The notes under the pieces: generated by a model
Database searches by the model: none
Told to the model about the DNA's origin: nothing
Seen by the model: only the letters and a program-made list of their open reading frames with translations
DNA from: Pseudomonadota bacterium
Lineage (GTDB): Bacteria; Myxococcota; JACRCW01; JAFGSX01
Direction of reading: 5' to 3'
DNA: 64,000 nucleotides
NCBI GenBank assembly: GCA_043821645.1
Contig: JBDRCO010000044.1
Location: 6,910-70,909 of the forward strand
Made by a program: the position numbers and the translations under genes
Shown here: positions 1-9,447 of the stretch, one piece after another
How positions within the stretch are numbered: the stretch's first letter is position 1
Layout: every line of letters begins with the position of its first letter

Positions 1-650
1 CGACCTCGGCAGTGGCCCTGTTGCTGGTCACCAGTCTCGCGACCGTGCTGGCGTGGCGCGCCTGGCGCTGGGATGCCACGGTACAGCAGACAGCCGCGAC
101 CGATGCCGCGCTCGCTGTCGTGGTGGGCAGCGGGGCCGACGCAAGCGTCGCGCGGGATGTGGACGGACGTCTGACGCAGGCGGAGAGCCAGGACGCTGCG
201 GTGGTCGCGGTGGCCGCCGCGTCTGCAGATGCGGCGCGCCACGAGCCAGGCCCCCGCTCCGGAGATGCGGGACCAGCTGGCCAGCACACCGCCGTCACCT
301 CAGCGCAGCCCACACCGACGCCCGTGGCGACCCGGGATCCCGTCGCAAAGGACCCTGTCGTCGAGACCCCGCGGCCCGCCAAGTTCGACAAGCGGCGCCT
401 GTTTGATCTGCTCACCAAGGGGGATATTCGCCACGAGGCCGGAGACTACGAGGGCGCGCTCGAGTTCTACCAGAAGGCTCTCAAGCTCGCCCACAACGAG
501 CCCCGGGTGCATCAGAAGCTGGCGCTGGCCTACCACAACCTGGGTCGCTTCGCCGAGTCCTGCACGGCCCTGGGCACCTTCTTGCGGCTGGAACCACACC
601 CTCCCGGCGAGGACTACTACCGGGCGCTGATCATGCGCAACTGCCAGTGA
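1..650 (+). CDS. 5'-truncated membrane-anchored TPR-containing protein (possibly the C-terminus of a Ser/Thr kinase)
   Basis: Frame is open from the window edge. TM-like LLLVTSLATVLAW, an Ala/Pro linker, then TPR-like GDYEGALEFYQKALKLAHNEPRVHQKLALAYHNLG. Confidence 0.55.
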   Translation, partial: TSAVALLLVTSLATVLAWRAWRWDATVQQTAATDAALAVVVGSGADASVARDVDGRLTQAESQDAAVVAVAAASADAARHEPGPRSGDAGPAGQHTAVTSAQPTPTPVATRDPVAKDPVVETPRPAKFDKRRLFDLLTKGDIRHEAGDYEGALEFYQKALKLAHNEPRVHQKLALAYHNLGRFAESCTALGTFLRLEPHPPGEDYYRALIMRNCQ

Positions 651-672
651 GGCGTGGCGAGGAGACAACAGG

Positions 673-2109
673 GTGAAACGACCCCGGGTGCTGTGGGCGC
701 GCGCGCCCTGGCGGCAACGCACGCGACGTCTGATGAGGCCGGTGGTGCGCGCGGCGCTGCAACGCTCGGCGACGCTTCCTCCGTCCTACTGGGGCTTGCG
801 TGTCGTCGACGGCAGGCTGCACGCCGGTGCGGTGGATCTGGCCGGCCTGTGTCCGCAGCACGGCTCGCCCCTGCACGTGGTGCTGGGGTCGCGTCTGCGC
901 GACAAGGTGCAGTGCTGCCAGGCGGCATTGGCGGGCGCGTCCACGGAACTGTTCTTTTCATACAAGACCAACCCGGTGCCGGGCGTGCTGCGCGTGCTCC
1001 ACGCACTGGGCGTCGGAGCCGAGGTCATCAGCCCCTACGAGTTGTGGCTGGCACAGCAGCTCGGCGTGCCCGGGCAGCAGATCGTGTACGGCGGCCCGGG
1101 CAAGGATGCACCGTCGATCCGGCGCGCCCTCGAGCTGGACATCCGCATGATCAACGTCAACCACCGCGAGGAACTCGAGGTGATCGCCGCCCAGGCTGCG
1201 GCGCTGGGTCGGCGCGCGCGGATCGCGCTGCGGGTGGCACCGGCCGGGGGCTGGAGCTGGCAGTTCGGGCTGTCCATCGCCGGTGGCGAGGCGCTCGAGG
1301 GTTTTCGCGCCGCGCTGGCCTCCCCCCATCTCCAGGTGGTGGGCTTGCACGCGCACCGCGGCGAGCTGATGCGCAGCGTCGGGGAGCTCCGTTCGTTTGT
1401 GCAGCCCGTGCTGACCTTCTGCGATGAGCTGCGGCGTGAGCTGAAACTCGACCTCGAGCTGCTGGACCTGGGCGGGAGCCTGGCCGTGCCGTCGGTGGCG
1501 TCGTCGCCGGCCCTCGAACGTCGCCTCGAGCGTGCTTTCTTGCTGCCAACGCCGGCGCCCGACCCCGCCGCGACCTTGACCCTGCCTGCTTACGCGGCCG
1601 AAGTGTCGCGCCAGGTCGCCGCGCACTTCAATGCCCGGGGCCGACCCGTGCCGACGGTGATCCTCGAGCCCGGCCGCGCGCTCAGTGCCGATTGCCAGCT
1701 CTTGCTGTGCCAGGTGCGCACGCTCAAGGCCAGAGCGGAGCCTCCGACCTACGCCATCCTCGATGCCGGCATCCACGTCGCCGAACCCGTGGCGCATGCG
1801 CATCACACGCTGTTCGCGGCCACGCGCATGAGCGCGCCCGCCACCACCACCTGGCGCCTGGTAGGGCCCACCTGCACGCCCCACGACGTGCTGTACAGCG
1901 CCTGGCAAGGTCCCGAGCTGCAGGTCGGCGACGTGCTCGCCATCATGGACGCGGGCGCGTACCTGGTGCCCTTCTCGACCACCTTCTCGTTTCCACGACC
2001 AGGCGTGGTGCTGGTGGACGACGGTCGGGTCGTGCTGTTGCGCCGGGCCGAGACCTTTGAGGATCTGGTGGCGCGCGACGTCATGAACTCACTTGAAGGT
2101 GAAGGGTAG
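673..2109 (+). CDS. Diaminopimelate-decarboxylase-like PLP-dependent decarboxylase (fold III)
   Basis: FSYKTN (PLP Lys), HAHRG, LDLGGSL, ILEPGRAL, GPTCTPHD, DAGAY. AGGAG RBS before GTG 673. Confidence 0.85.
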   Translation: MKRPRVLWARAPWRQRTRRLMRPVVRAALQRSATLPPSYWGLRVVDGRLHAGAVDLAGLCPQHGSPLHVVLGSRLRDKVQCCQAALAGASTELFFSYKTNPVPGVLRVLHALGVGAEVISPYELWLAQQLGVPGQQIVYGGPGKDAPSIRRALELDIRMINVNHREELEVIAAQAAALGRRARIALRVAPAGGWSWQFGLSIAGGEALEGFRAALASPHLQVVGLHAHRGELMRSVGELRSFVQPVLTFCDELRRELKLDLELLDLGGSLAVPSVASSPALERRLERAFLLPTPAPDPAATLTLPAYAAEVSRQVAAHFNARGRPVPTVILEPGRALSADCQLLLCQVRTLKARAEPPTYAILDAGIHVAEPVAHAHHTLFAATRMSAPATTTWRLVGPTCTPHDVLYSAWQGPELQVGDVLAIMDAGAYLVPFSTTFSFPRPGVVLVDDGRVVLLRRAETFEDLVARDVMNSLEGEG

Positions 2110-3438
2110 ACGCTGCTTCAGGGCTTCGCCCTCGAACACGGTCACGGCTCCGGGCACGGCGCGCGCACGGGCCAGGGCGGCCATGGTGGCCTCGGTGGGC
2201 CGGCGCAGGGGAGGCTGGCCGCCGCCAAAACTGGGGGTGCTGGGTTCGTCGGGAACACCCACGGCCTGACGTCGCTTGGGGTTGTGGTCCGACGCGCTGA
2301 TCCCTGCTGCATCGTCACGCGGTCGCAGGGCGCGCCGCACCTCGCCCAGGCGCGTGCGCAAGGCAGGGGGTGAGGCCCTGCGGTAGATGCACAGGTTGTG
2401 GGTGTCAAAGGTGTCGGCGAGCCAGCGTTGCTTGTGGTAGCCGAAGTGACCGTGCAGGGCCAAAGTCTCGACGCCACTGTGCAAGAAATCCTCGGTCTCC
2501 AGCAGCGCCAGGATGTTGCCGGGGCTGAGTGCGCGGTAATAGTCGTCGTAGCAGTTCTCGAGCCCAAAGCAGTTGGGACCGAAGCAGCCGTTGAGCAGTG
2601 CGGCGGCCGGCACGCCGTCGTGCAGCAGCAACCACACGTGCAGGGACATGGGTTGACCGGGTTCGGCCAGGGCCTCGAACAGAGCCTGGCGCTGCGGGTG
2701 GCGAGCGATGCCGACCTTGGCCTCGACCTTCCAGGAGCGCGCCTCGACGTCGAGGTAGACGGCGAGCAGGTCGCGCAGCACGCGCGGGTCACAGCTGCTC
2801 AGCACCGAGATGGTACCCGACTCGAACAGACGGCGACCGCGACGGGCGATACCCTGGCTGACCGAGCGATCCATGGCCTTGAAGAAGCCGGGAAGATCGT
2901 CGTGGGCACGCCGCACCTCGTTCATCGGCATGCCCGCGAAGACCTTGACCCGGGTCCAGGGGCGGCGCCCCGCGTCGCGCGCTCGCCACAGGCCCGAGTG
3001 AGGCTCCAGGTTGATGAGCTGGATCATGGCGTGGCGGTGCATGTGTCGAGTCATGTGCCGCAGCAAGGCCCGCGCTGCCGCGTCCTCGTGCTCGGCCGCA
3101 GCCAGCACCCGCGGTCTGTCGATCTCGGTGGCGACCAGGAACTCGAGACGGGTGAAGGGCAGACCCAGAGCGCGCGCACGCACCTCCTTGAGTGGCAGGG
3201 CGGCCATGATGTCACCGCCGTTCTCGGCGCGGCAGACCAGGATGCGCGAGCGCACCTGGCCCGGCCGGTACAGCTCGTTGTGCTCGAGGTAGGCTGCCAT
3301 GTACTCAGGAGTCAGATAGGGATTGGGCCGCGGCGAACGATCGTTGAGCTCGCGCAGAAGGGTCCACTGGTCACGGCACGCGTGCAGTGAGCCAAGATCC
3401 TCGACAACGAAGACGGGGAGTTGCGGGAGAGTCGTCAT
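2089..3438 (-). CDS. GNAT-fold acetyltransferase-like protein (CelD/BcsL-like)
   Basis: WLLLHDGVPAAALL...CYDDYYRALSPGNILAL...YHKQRW pattern. Start moved to ATG 3438 (MTTLPQLP) to avoid overlapping the asnB upstream region. Confidence 0.65.
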   Translation of the reverse strand: MTTLPQLPVFVVEDLGSLHACRDQWTLLRELNDRSPRPNPYLTPEYMAAYLEHNELYRPGQVRSRILVCRAENGGDIMAALPLKEVRARALGLPFTRLEFLVATEIDRPRVLAAAEHEDAAARALLRHMTRHMHRHAMIQLINLEPHSGLWRARDAGRRPWTRVKVFAGMPMNEVRRAHDDLPGFFKAMDRSVSQGIARRGRRLFESGTISVLSSCDPRVLRDLLAVYLDVEARSWKVEAKVGIARHPQRQALFEALAEPGQPMSLHVWLLLHDGVPAAALLNGCFGPNCFGLENCYDDYYRALSPGNILALLETEDFLHSGVETLALHGHFGYHKQRWLADTFDTHNLCIYRRASPPALRTRLGEVRRALRPRDDAAGISASDHNPKRRQAVGVPDEPSTPSFGGGQPPLRRPTEATMAALARARAVPGAVTVFEGEALKQRLPFTFK

Positions 3439-3574
3439 GACAGCGTGCGACCTCGAGCGATGGGATCGATAGACAGGGTCAAGGCTGCGCGACCGTGCTC
3501 CCAACCTATATAACGCGCGACGGTGAACTTCACCGAACATCGCAATCATGTCATGGTCTCGACGGGGGCCCACT

Positions 3575-5515
3575 GTGTGTGGAATCGCAGGTATCCTCGA
3601 GAGTTCTGGCGCGGTGCCCGACAGGGATCTGCTGCAGCGGATGATAGCGCGCCTGCGACACCGGGGGCCAGACGAGCAGGGACTTCACGTCGAGAAGGGT
3701 GCGGGCCTGGCACACGCCCGTCTCAGCATCATCGACCTCGCCAGCGGCCAGCAACCCATGCGCAGTCCCGAAAGCGGCCTGGTGCTGGCGTTCAACGGCG
3801 AGATCTTCAACTACCTGGAGCTGCGCGACGAGCTGGTGGCGCTGGGCCACGGCTTTCGCACGCAGTCGGACACCGAGGTGGTGCTGCGCGCCTACGAGGC
3901 CTGGGGCGCGGACTGCGTGCAGCGCTTCAATGGCCAGTGGGCCATCGCGCTGTGGGACCCGGCCCGGCAGAGACTGTTCGCTTCGCGCGACCGGCTGGGC
4001 ATACGACCCTTTTTCTACACCCGGCTGCGCGACCAGCTGGTGTTTGGCTCCGAGATCAAGGCCCTGCTCGCGCACCCCGAGGTGCAGGCGCGGGTCGACC
4101 TGCAAGGCCTGGATCAGTACTTCACCTACTGGACCAGCGTGCCGCCGCGCACCTTCTTTGCCGACATCCTCGAGCTGCCACCGGGGCACAACCTCGAGTT
4201 CCACGCCGGCGCGCTGCGCACCTGGCGCTACTGGCAACTCGACTACCCCACGCCCGCTCCCGCCTTGGCCGTGGACGAGGCCGTGGAACAGCTGAGCGCG
4301 CTGCTGCGCGACAGCGTGCGCCTGCGCCTGCGCGCCGACGTGCCGGTGGGGGCTTACCTGAGTGGTGGCCTCGACTCGGCCCTGACCGTGGCCCTGATCC
4401 GCGAACTGACCGACGCGCCTCTCGAGACCTTCTCGGTGGGCTTCGACCATCCCGACTACGACGAGAGTTCTTTTCAGCAACTGGCCGTGGCGCAGTTCGG
4501 CACCCGCCATCACCACCTGCAGTGCGGTGGCGACGACATCGCCAGGGCCTTCTCGCAAGTGGTGTGGCAGGCCGAGCAGCCCCTCCTGCGCTCGGCTCCG
4601 GCGCCGCTGTTCCTGCTCTCCGGGCAGGTGCGCGAGAACAACTTCAAGGTCGTGGTCACCGGCGAGGGCGCCGACGAGCTGTTCGGAGGCTACGACCTGT
4701 TCAAGGAGGCCAAGCTGCGCCGCTTCTGGGCCAAGCAGCCGGACTCGCGTTGCCGGCCCCTGCTGCTCCGGCGGCTGTACCCGTACATGTCCACGTTGCA
4801 GGCGCAACCCGTCGAGGTCCTGCGCAGTGTGTTCCACGTCAAGCCCGAGGCCCTGGCCAGCCCCTACTTCTCCCACCTGCCGCGCTGGGAGCTGACCGCC
4901 CGGCTCAAGCAGTTCTATTCGCCCGCGGTCAAGGCGGCCCTGGCGGGTGGTGTCGAGCACTCAGCGCTGCCCGAGCTGCTGCCCGAGAACTTCGCGCGCT
5001 GGGATCCCTTCTGTCAGGCACAGCACCTCGAGACCGCGCTGCTGCTGCCCGGCTACCTGCTCTCCGCCCAGGGCGACCGCATGACCATGGGGCACTCGGT
5101 CGAGGGTCGCTTTCCCTTTCTCGATCACCGGGTGGCGGAGTTCGCCGCCGCGCTGCCGCCGCGCCTCAAGATGCGCGTTCTCGACGAGAAATACTTGCTC
5201 AAGCAGCTCGGCAAGGGTCGCATTCCGGCGCCCATCCTGGCTCGCCCCAAGCAACCCTACCGGGCTCCGGACCTGACGGCCTTCATCGGGCCCGCGGGTG
5301 CGCTTCACCCCTCGGTGGCCGACGCTCTCGAACCCCACGCCCTGGCCGCGGCCGGGCTCTTTCACCCGCCGGCGGTGGCGGCCCTGGTGCGCAAGTGCCA
5401 GGCTGGCCGAGCCATAGGCACGCGCGACGCCATGGCGCTGGTGGGGATCCTGTCGACCCAGCTTCTGATGAAGCAGTTCAAAATTCACGATATGAAAGGT
5501 CCCGCTCATGGATGA
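3575..5515 (+). CDS. asnB: Asparagine synthase (glutamine-hydrolysing) family amidotransferase
   Basis: GTG start gives N-terminal (M)CGIAG Ntn nucleophile. RHRGPDE, LAHARLSIID, FNGEIFNY, YLSGGLDS, TGEGADELFGGY, SVEGRFPFLDHRV. Confidence 0.95.
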   Translation: MCGIAGILESSGAVPDRDLLQRMIARLRHRGPDEQGLHVEKGAGLAHARLSIIDLASGQQPMRSPESGLVLAFNGEIFNYLELRDELVALGHGFRTQSDTEVVLRAYEAWGADCVQRFNGQWAIALWDPARQRLFASRDRLGIRPFFYTRLRDQLVFGSEIKALLAHPEVQARVDLQGLDQYFTYWTSVPPRTFFADILELPPGHNLEFHAGALRTWRYWQLDYPTPAPALAVDEAVEQLSALLRDSVRLRLRADVPVGAYLSGGLDSALTVALIRELTDAPLETFSVGFDHPDYDESSFQQLAVAQFGTRHHHLQCGGDDIARAFSQVVWQAEQPLLRSAPAPLFLLSGQVRENNFKVVVTGEGADELFGGYDLFKEAKLRRFWAKQPDSRCRPLLLRRLYPYMSTLQAQPVEVLRSVFHVKPEALASPYFSHLPRWELTARLKQFYSPAVKAALAGGVEHSALPELLPENFARWDPFCQAQHLETALLLPGYLLSAQGDRMTMGHSVEGRFPFLDHRVAEFAAALPPRLKMRVLDEKYLLKQLGKGRIPAPILARPKQPYRAPDLTAFIGPAGALHPSVADALEPHALAAAGLFHPPAVAALVRKCQAGRAIGTRDAMALVGILSTQLLMKQFKIHDMKGPAHG

Positions 5516-5792
5516 GTCCCAGATCGTGTCGCGGTTGCGCGACTTCATCGTCGAGAATTTTCTGTTCGGGGATGCCAGCCAGGCGCCCGCGGCCGAGGTC
5601 TCGTTCTTGGCCAGTGGTCTCATCGATTCCACGGGCATGCTCGAGCTGGTGTTCTTTATCGAGGAGACCTGGGCGCTGCACATTGCTGACGAGGACCTGA
5701 TCCCTGACAACCTGGATTCATGTCAACGCATTGCGCGCTTCGTCGCGCGCAAGCTCGACGCCGGCGCCACGGCCCAGGGGGGTGCGGTATGA
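5508..5792 (+). CDS. Acyl carrier protein
   Basis: 94-aa acidic protein with GLIDSTGMLELV phosphopantetheine-Ser motif. Overlaps the asnB stop. Confidence 0.9.
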   Translation: MDESQIVSRLRDFIVENFLFGDASQAPAAEVSFLASGLIDSTGMLELVFFIEETWALHIADEDLIPDNLDSCQRIARFVARKLDAGATAQGGAV

Positions 5793-6778
5793 GCAGCTTC
5801 GGACCAGGAGTCCTCGAGCTCGATACCCGCGCTGAGATCTCACGCATCGCCGGACGCCTGCGCGAGCAGGTGACCCGGCTGCTGCGGCGGCGCGGCGCGG
5901 TGGTCGCCCTGTCCGGCGGCATCGACAGCAGCGTCGTTGGCGCCCTGGCGGTCCGCGCCCTGGGGCCGGAGCACGTGCTGGGCCTGCTCTTGCCCGAGCG
6001 CGACTCGGCCGCAGAGACACCGGGCCTGGGGCAGACCCTGACCGAGCATCTGGGCATCGCATCCATCCAGGAGGACATCACCCCCCTGCTCGAGGCCACG
6101 GGCTGTTACCGTCGACGCGACGATGCGCTGCGCGAGGTGGTTCCCGCCTACGGGCCAGGCTGGAAGTTCAAGATCGTGTTGCCCCAGGTCGGTGAAGACG
6201 CGAGCTACAACTTCTTCTCGGCGGTGGTGCAGTCGCCCGACGGCGCGATGCAGAAGGTGCGGCTGCCCCCGCGCGCCTACCTCGGCATCGTCGCGGCCAC
6301 CAACTTCAAGCAGCGCGTGCGCAAGATGCTCGAGTACTACCACGCGGATCGTCTGCAGTACGCGGTGGCCGGCACGCCCAACCGGCTGGAGTATGATCAG
6401 GGCTTCTTCGTCAAGCTCGGCGACGGCGCCGCCGACGTCAAGCCCATCGCCCACCTGTACAAGACCCAGGTCTACGCCCTGGCCCGGGCCCTGGGACTGC
6501 CCGAGGAGATCTGCGCGCGCCCGCCCACCACCGACACCTACTCACTGAGCCAGGGACAGGACGAGTTCTACTTCTCGCTCCCCTACGCGCAGCTGGACCT
6601 GTGTTTGTATGCGCACAACCACGCCGTCGCCGCGGCCGACGTCGCGCCCCACGTGGGTCTGCGCGTGGATCAGGTCGAACGGGTCTACGCCGACATCACG
6701 AAAAAACGCGCCACCACCCGCTACCTGCACAGCGTTCCACAGCTCATCGAGGCGGTCCCAGAGATCTCCCGGGTGTGA
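5789..6778 (+). CDS. nadE: NH3-dependent NAD+ synthetase (NadE)-like ATP pyrophosphatase
   Basis: VVALSGGIDSSV PP-loop, NFKQRVR, AGTPNRLEYDQGFFVKLGDG, PIAHLYKTQVYALA. ATGA overlap with the ACP gene. Confidence 0.8.
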   Translation: MSSFGPGVLELDTRAEISRIAGRLREQVTRLLRRRGAVVALSGGIDSSVVGALAVRALGPEHVLGLLLPERDSAAETPGLGQTLTEHLGIASIQEDITPLLEATGCYRRRDDALREVVPAYGPGWKFKIVLPQVGEDASYNFFSAVVQSPDGAMQKVRLPPRAYLGIVAATNFKQRVRKMLEYYHADRLQYAVAGTPNRLEYDQGFFVKLGDGAADVKPIAHLYKTQVYALARALGLPEEICARPPTTDTYSLSQGQDEFYFSLPYAQLDLCLYAHNHAVAAADVAPHVGLRVDQVERVYADITKKRATTRYLHSVPQLIEAVPEISRV

Positions 6779-6800
6779 ACCAGGACGCGAGGGGTTCCCG

Positions 6801-8348
6801 ATGGCGGGTGAGCTGCTGCACCATCTGCTCGAGCACAGCGCAGGCCGCAGGCCCGAGGCTGAGGCCCTGGTGCAGGGTGACACGACGATCTGCTACGGCG
6901 AGCTGGAGAGAGGCGCCAACCGCCTGGCGCGCCTGCTCGTCGCGCGGGGCATCGCAGCCGGTGACCGCGTGGCCCTGCTGGCCCACAACGCGCGCTTTTA
7001 CGTCGAGGCCTACTACGGGGTTCTCAAGTCCGGAGCGGTGGTGGTACCCCTCAACACCGCAGCTCCGCCATCGCAGCTTGCCCAGCTACTGCGCCACGCC
7101 GAGGCCCGGGTCTTGCTCTGCGGGACCAGCATGCTGCGCCACGTGGTTCGCGAACCAGATGTGCTGGCACAGCTCGAGCTCCTCGTCACCGAGGGTGAGG
7201 TGCGGCTTCCCGCGCTCACCGCGACCCTGCAGGTCGCGAGCGCGGCACAGGCCGATCTCGACGCCAGCGCGCCCGCGATCGTCCGCGACGCGCAGGAGCT
7301 CGCGGCCATCGTCTACACCTCCGGCAGCACCGGCGCCCCGCTGGGAGCCTGCCTGAGTCACGCCAACCTGGTGCACAACGCCCGGGCCATTCTCGACTAC
7401 CTGCCCATGGCCTCCAGCGAGCGCGCTTTCGTGGTGCTGCCCTTCTATTACATCTACGGCACCTCCATCCTGAACAGCCACATCGCCGCGGGTGCCGCCC
7501 TGGTACTCGAGAACAACTTCATGTTTCCCCAGGCGGCCCTGGATCACCTCGAGGCAGAAGCGTGCACCAGCTTCGCCGGGGTGCCCTCGACCTTCGCCAT
7601 CCTGCTGCATCGCTCCAACCTGGCGCAGCGGCAGCTCGAACACCTGCGCTACGTCACCCAGGCCGGCGGCGCCATGAGCCCCGCCCTCACCCGCGAATTG
7701 ATGGCGGCGCTGCGGGGGCGAGCGCTCTACGTCATGTACGGAGCCACCGAGGCGGCGGGGCGGCTCACCTACCTGCCTCCACAAGAACTGCAGCGCGAGC
7801 TCGGTTCCATAGGCCGTCCCATCGCGGGCATGCAGGTGCACGTGCTGGGCACGAACGGCGAAGAGCTGGCGCCCGGCGAGGTGGGTGAACTGGTGGCCAG
7901 CGGTCCGAGCATCATGCAGGGTTACTGGAAGGCTGCGGACGAGACGGCGCGCGTGCTCGATGCCCACGGGCTGCACACGGGCGACCTGGGCTATCGCAGT
8001 CACAGCGGCATGCTGTACGTGGTCGGTCGCAGCAAGGACATGATTAAAAGTGGTGCGCACCGCATTGCCGCGCGCGAGATAGAAGAAGCCATCCTCGAGC
8101 ATGAGGCTGTGCACGAGGTGGCGGTGCTGGGCGTTCCCGACGCGATCCTGGGCGAGGCCATTCACGCCTACGTGGTACCGCGGGAGGCCGGGTTCGAGGT
8201 CGACACCTTGCGCGCCTTCTTGAGCACGCGTCTTGCCAGCTACAAGATCCCCGGGACCCTCGTGTGCCGGGAGACGCTGCCCAAGAACGACGCCGGCAAG
8301 ATCCTCAAGCTGCGGCTCCGTGAGGAGCTGGGACTGCCCACGGTCTAG
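6801..8348 (+). CDS. Class I adenylate-forming enzyme (acyl-CoA/acyl-ACP ligase)
   Basis: IVYTSGSTG, MYGATEA, LHTGDLG, GRSKDMIKSG, LPKNDAGKI. Confidence 0.92.
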   Translation: MAGELLHHLLEHSAGRRPEAEALVQGDTTICYGELERGANRLARLLVARGIAAGDRVALLAHNARFYVEAYYGVLKSGAVVVPLNTAAPPSQLAQLLRHAEARVLLCGTSMLRHVVREPDVLAQLELLVTEGEVRLPALTATLQVASAAQADLDASAPAIVRDAQELAAIVYTSGSTGAPLGACLSHANLVHNARAILDYLPMASSERAFVVLPFYYIYGTSILNSHIAAGAALVLENNFMFPQAALDHLEAEACTSFAGVPSTFAILLHRSNLAQRQLEHLRYVTQAGGAMSPALTRELMAALRGRALYVMYGATEAAGRLTYLPPQELQRELGSIGRPIAGMQVHVLGTNGEELAPGEVGELVASGPSIMQGYWKAADETARVLDAHGLHTGDLGYRSHSGMLYVVGRSKDMIKSGAHRIAAREIEEAILEHEAVHEVAVLGVPDAILGEAIHAYVVPREAGFEVDTLRAFLSTRLASYKIPGTLVCRETLPKNDAGKILKLRLREELGLPTV

Positions 8349-8923
8349 GCGTCTTCTCTCGCCACCAGATCCAGTCGCATGCATCGTGCCGGGTTGCCGA
8401 TGGCCAGGCTGTGGGGGGGGACATCGCGCGTGACCACGGCCCGCGCCGAGACCACCGCGCCATCGCCGATGCGCACGCCGGGTTGCACCACGGCGCCGTG
8501 GGCCAGCCAGACGTCGTCGCCGATGTGCACGGGTCCGCGCAGGCGTCGGGTGCGGTCGCGAATGACGACCCCGGTGGCGAGGATGCAGCCGTTCCCCAGC
8601 GTCACCTCGTCGTGGGCGTCGATGGTGACACCGTAGTTGAAGCCACAGCGATCACCGATGCGCAGGGTCGCACCGGGGTGGCTGCGCAGTTCCGTCGCCA
8701 CCGGGCCGCCGAGAAAGAAGCAGCTGCGACCAAGGCGCACCCTGCCGGACTCCGGCGCGAGCAGCACGGTGCCCCGGGTCCAGACCCGCGCCCCGAGCTC
8801 GGCGTGGCGGAGCTGCCAGCGGGCGCGCAGCATGCAGCTCGCGCGCTCGGCCAGGGTGGCGAGGCGGAGCGCCGCGGCATGCAGGTGCTGACGGTGCGGC
8901 ACGGCGCCCGAGGACTCAGCCAT
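8345..8923 (-). CDS. Hexapeptide-repeat (LbH) acyltransferase
   Basis: VHIGDDVWLAHGAVVQPGVRIGDGAVVSARAVVTRDVPPHSLAIGNPAR. Confidence 0.88.
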   Translation of the reverse strand: MAESSGAVPHRQHLHAAALRLATLAERASCMLRARWQLRHAELGARVWTRGTVLLAPESGRVRLGRSCFFLGGPVATELRSHPGATLRIGDRCGFNYGVTIDAHDEVTLGNGCILATGVVIRDRTRRLRGPVHIGDDVWLAHGAVVQPGVRIGDGAVVSARAVVTRDVPPHSLAIGNPARCMRLDLVAREDA

Positions 8924-9446
8924 GGCGCTCGCTCTCCTTCGGGATCGGGCGCGCGGCCACACGACGGCTCACCACCCGTCCGGGCTCGATGCTGCAGCCA
9001 TCCTCGACGATGGCGCCCGGCAGCAGCACGACGTGGGGACCGAGCTCGACGTCGGCACCCACCTGCAGCTTGCCGGCCTCGGGCCGGACCGCGCGATTGC
9101 CCCGGATCGCGTGGAACTGGTTGTCCATGAGCTTGCAAAATCGTCCCAGGTGGCAGCGTGGGCCGATGCGGATCACGCCGGTGGCCTCGATGGACACGCC
9201 GGGCTCGATGGACACGTCGTCACCGATGTAAATCTCGGCGCCGGGTCGGGCATGCAACTCGATGGCGCAGGCCCTGCCGTCCAGGTGGACGCGGTCCCCC
9301 AGCACGATACGGCCACCTCCCCGCACCCAGATCCGGCCCCGGGTCACCGGAGCGCTGCCGAGGTGGGCGCAGCGGCGTAGTCTGAAACGAGCGAGGAGCT
9401 CGGTCCCCGGTCCCCGCAGCGGATCGAGAAGTCGTGACCAGGCCAT
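8916..9446 (-). CDS. Hexapeptide-repeat (LbH) acyltransferase
   Basis: IYIGDDVSIEPGVSIEATGVIRIGPRCHLG...VGADVELGPHVVLLPGAIVEDG. Confidence 0.8.
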   Translation of the reverse strand: MAWSRLLDPLRGPGTELLARFRLRRCAHLGSAPVTRGRIWVRGGGRIVLGDRVHLDGRACAIELHARPGAEIYIGDDVSIEPGVSIEATGVIRIGPRCHLGRFCKLMDNQFHAIRGNRAVRPEAGKLQVGADVELGPHVVLLPGAIVEDGCSIEPGRVVSRRVAARPIPKESERHG

Positions 9447-9447
9447 C

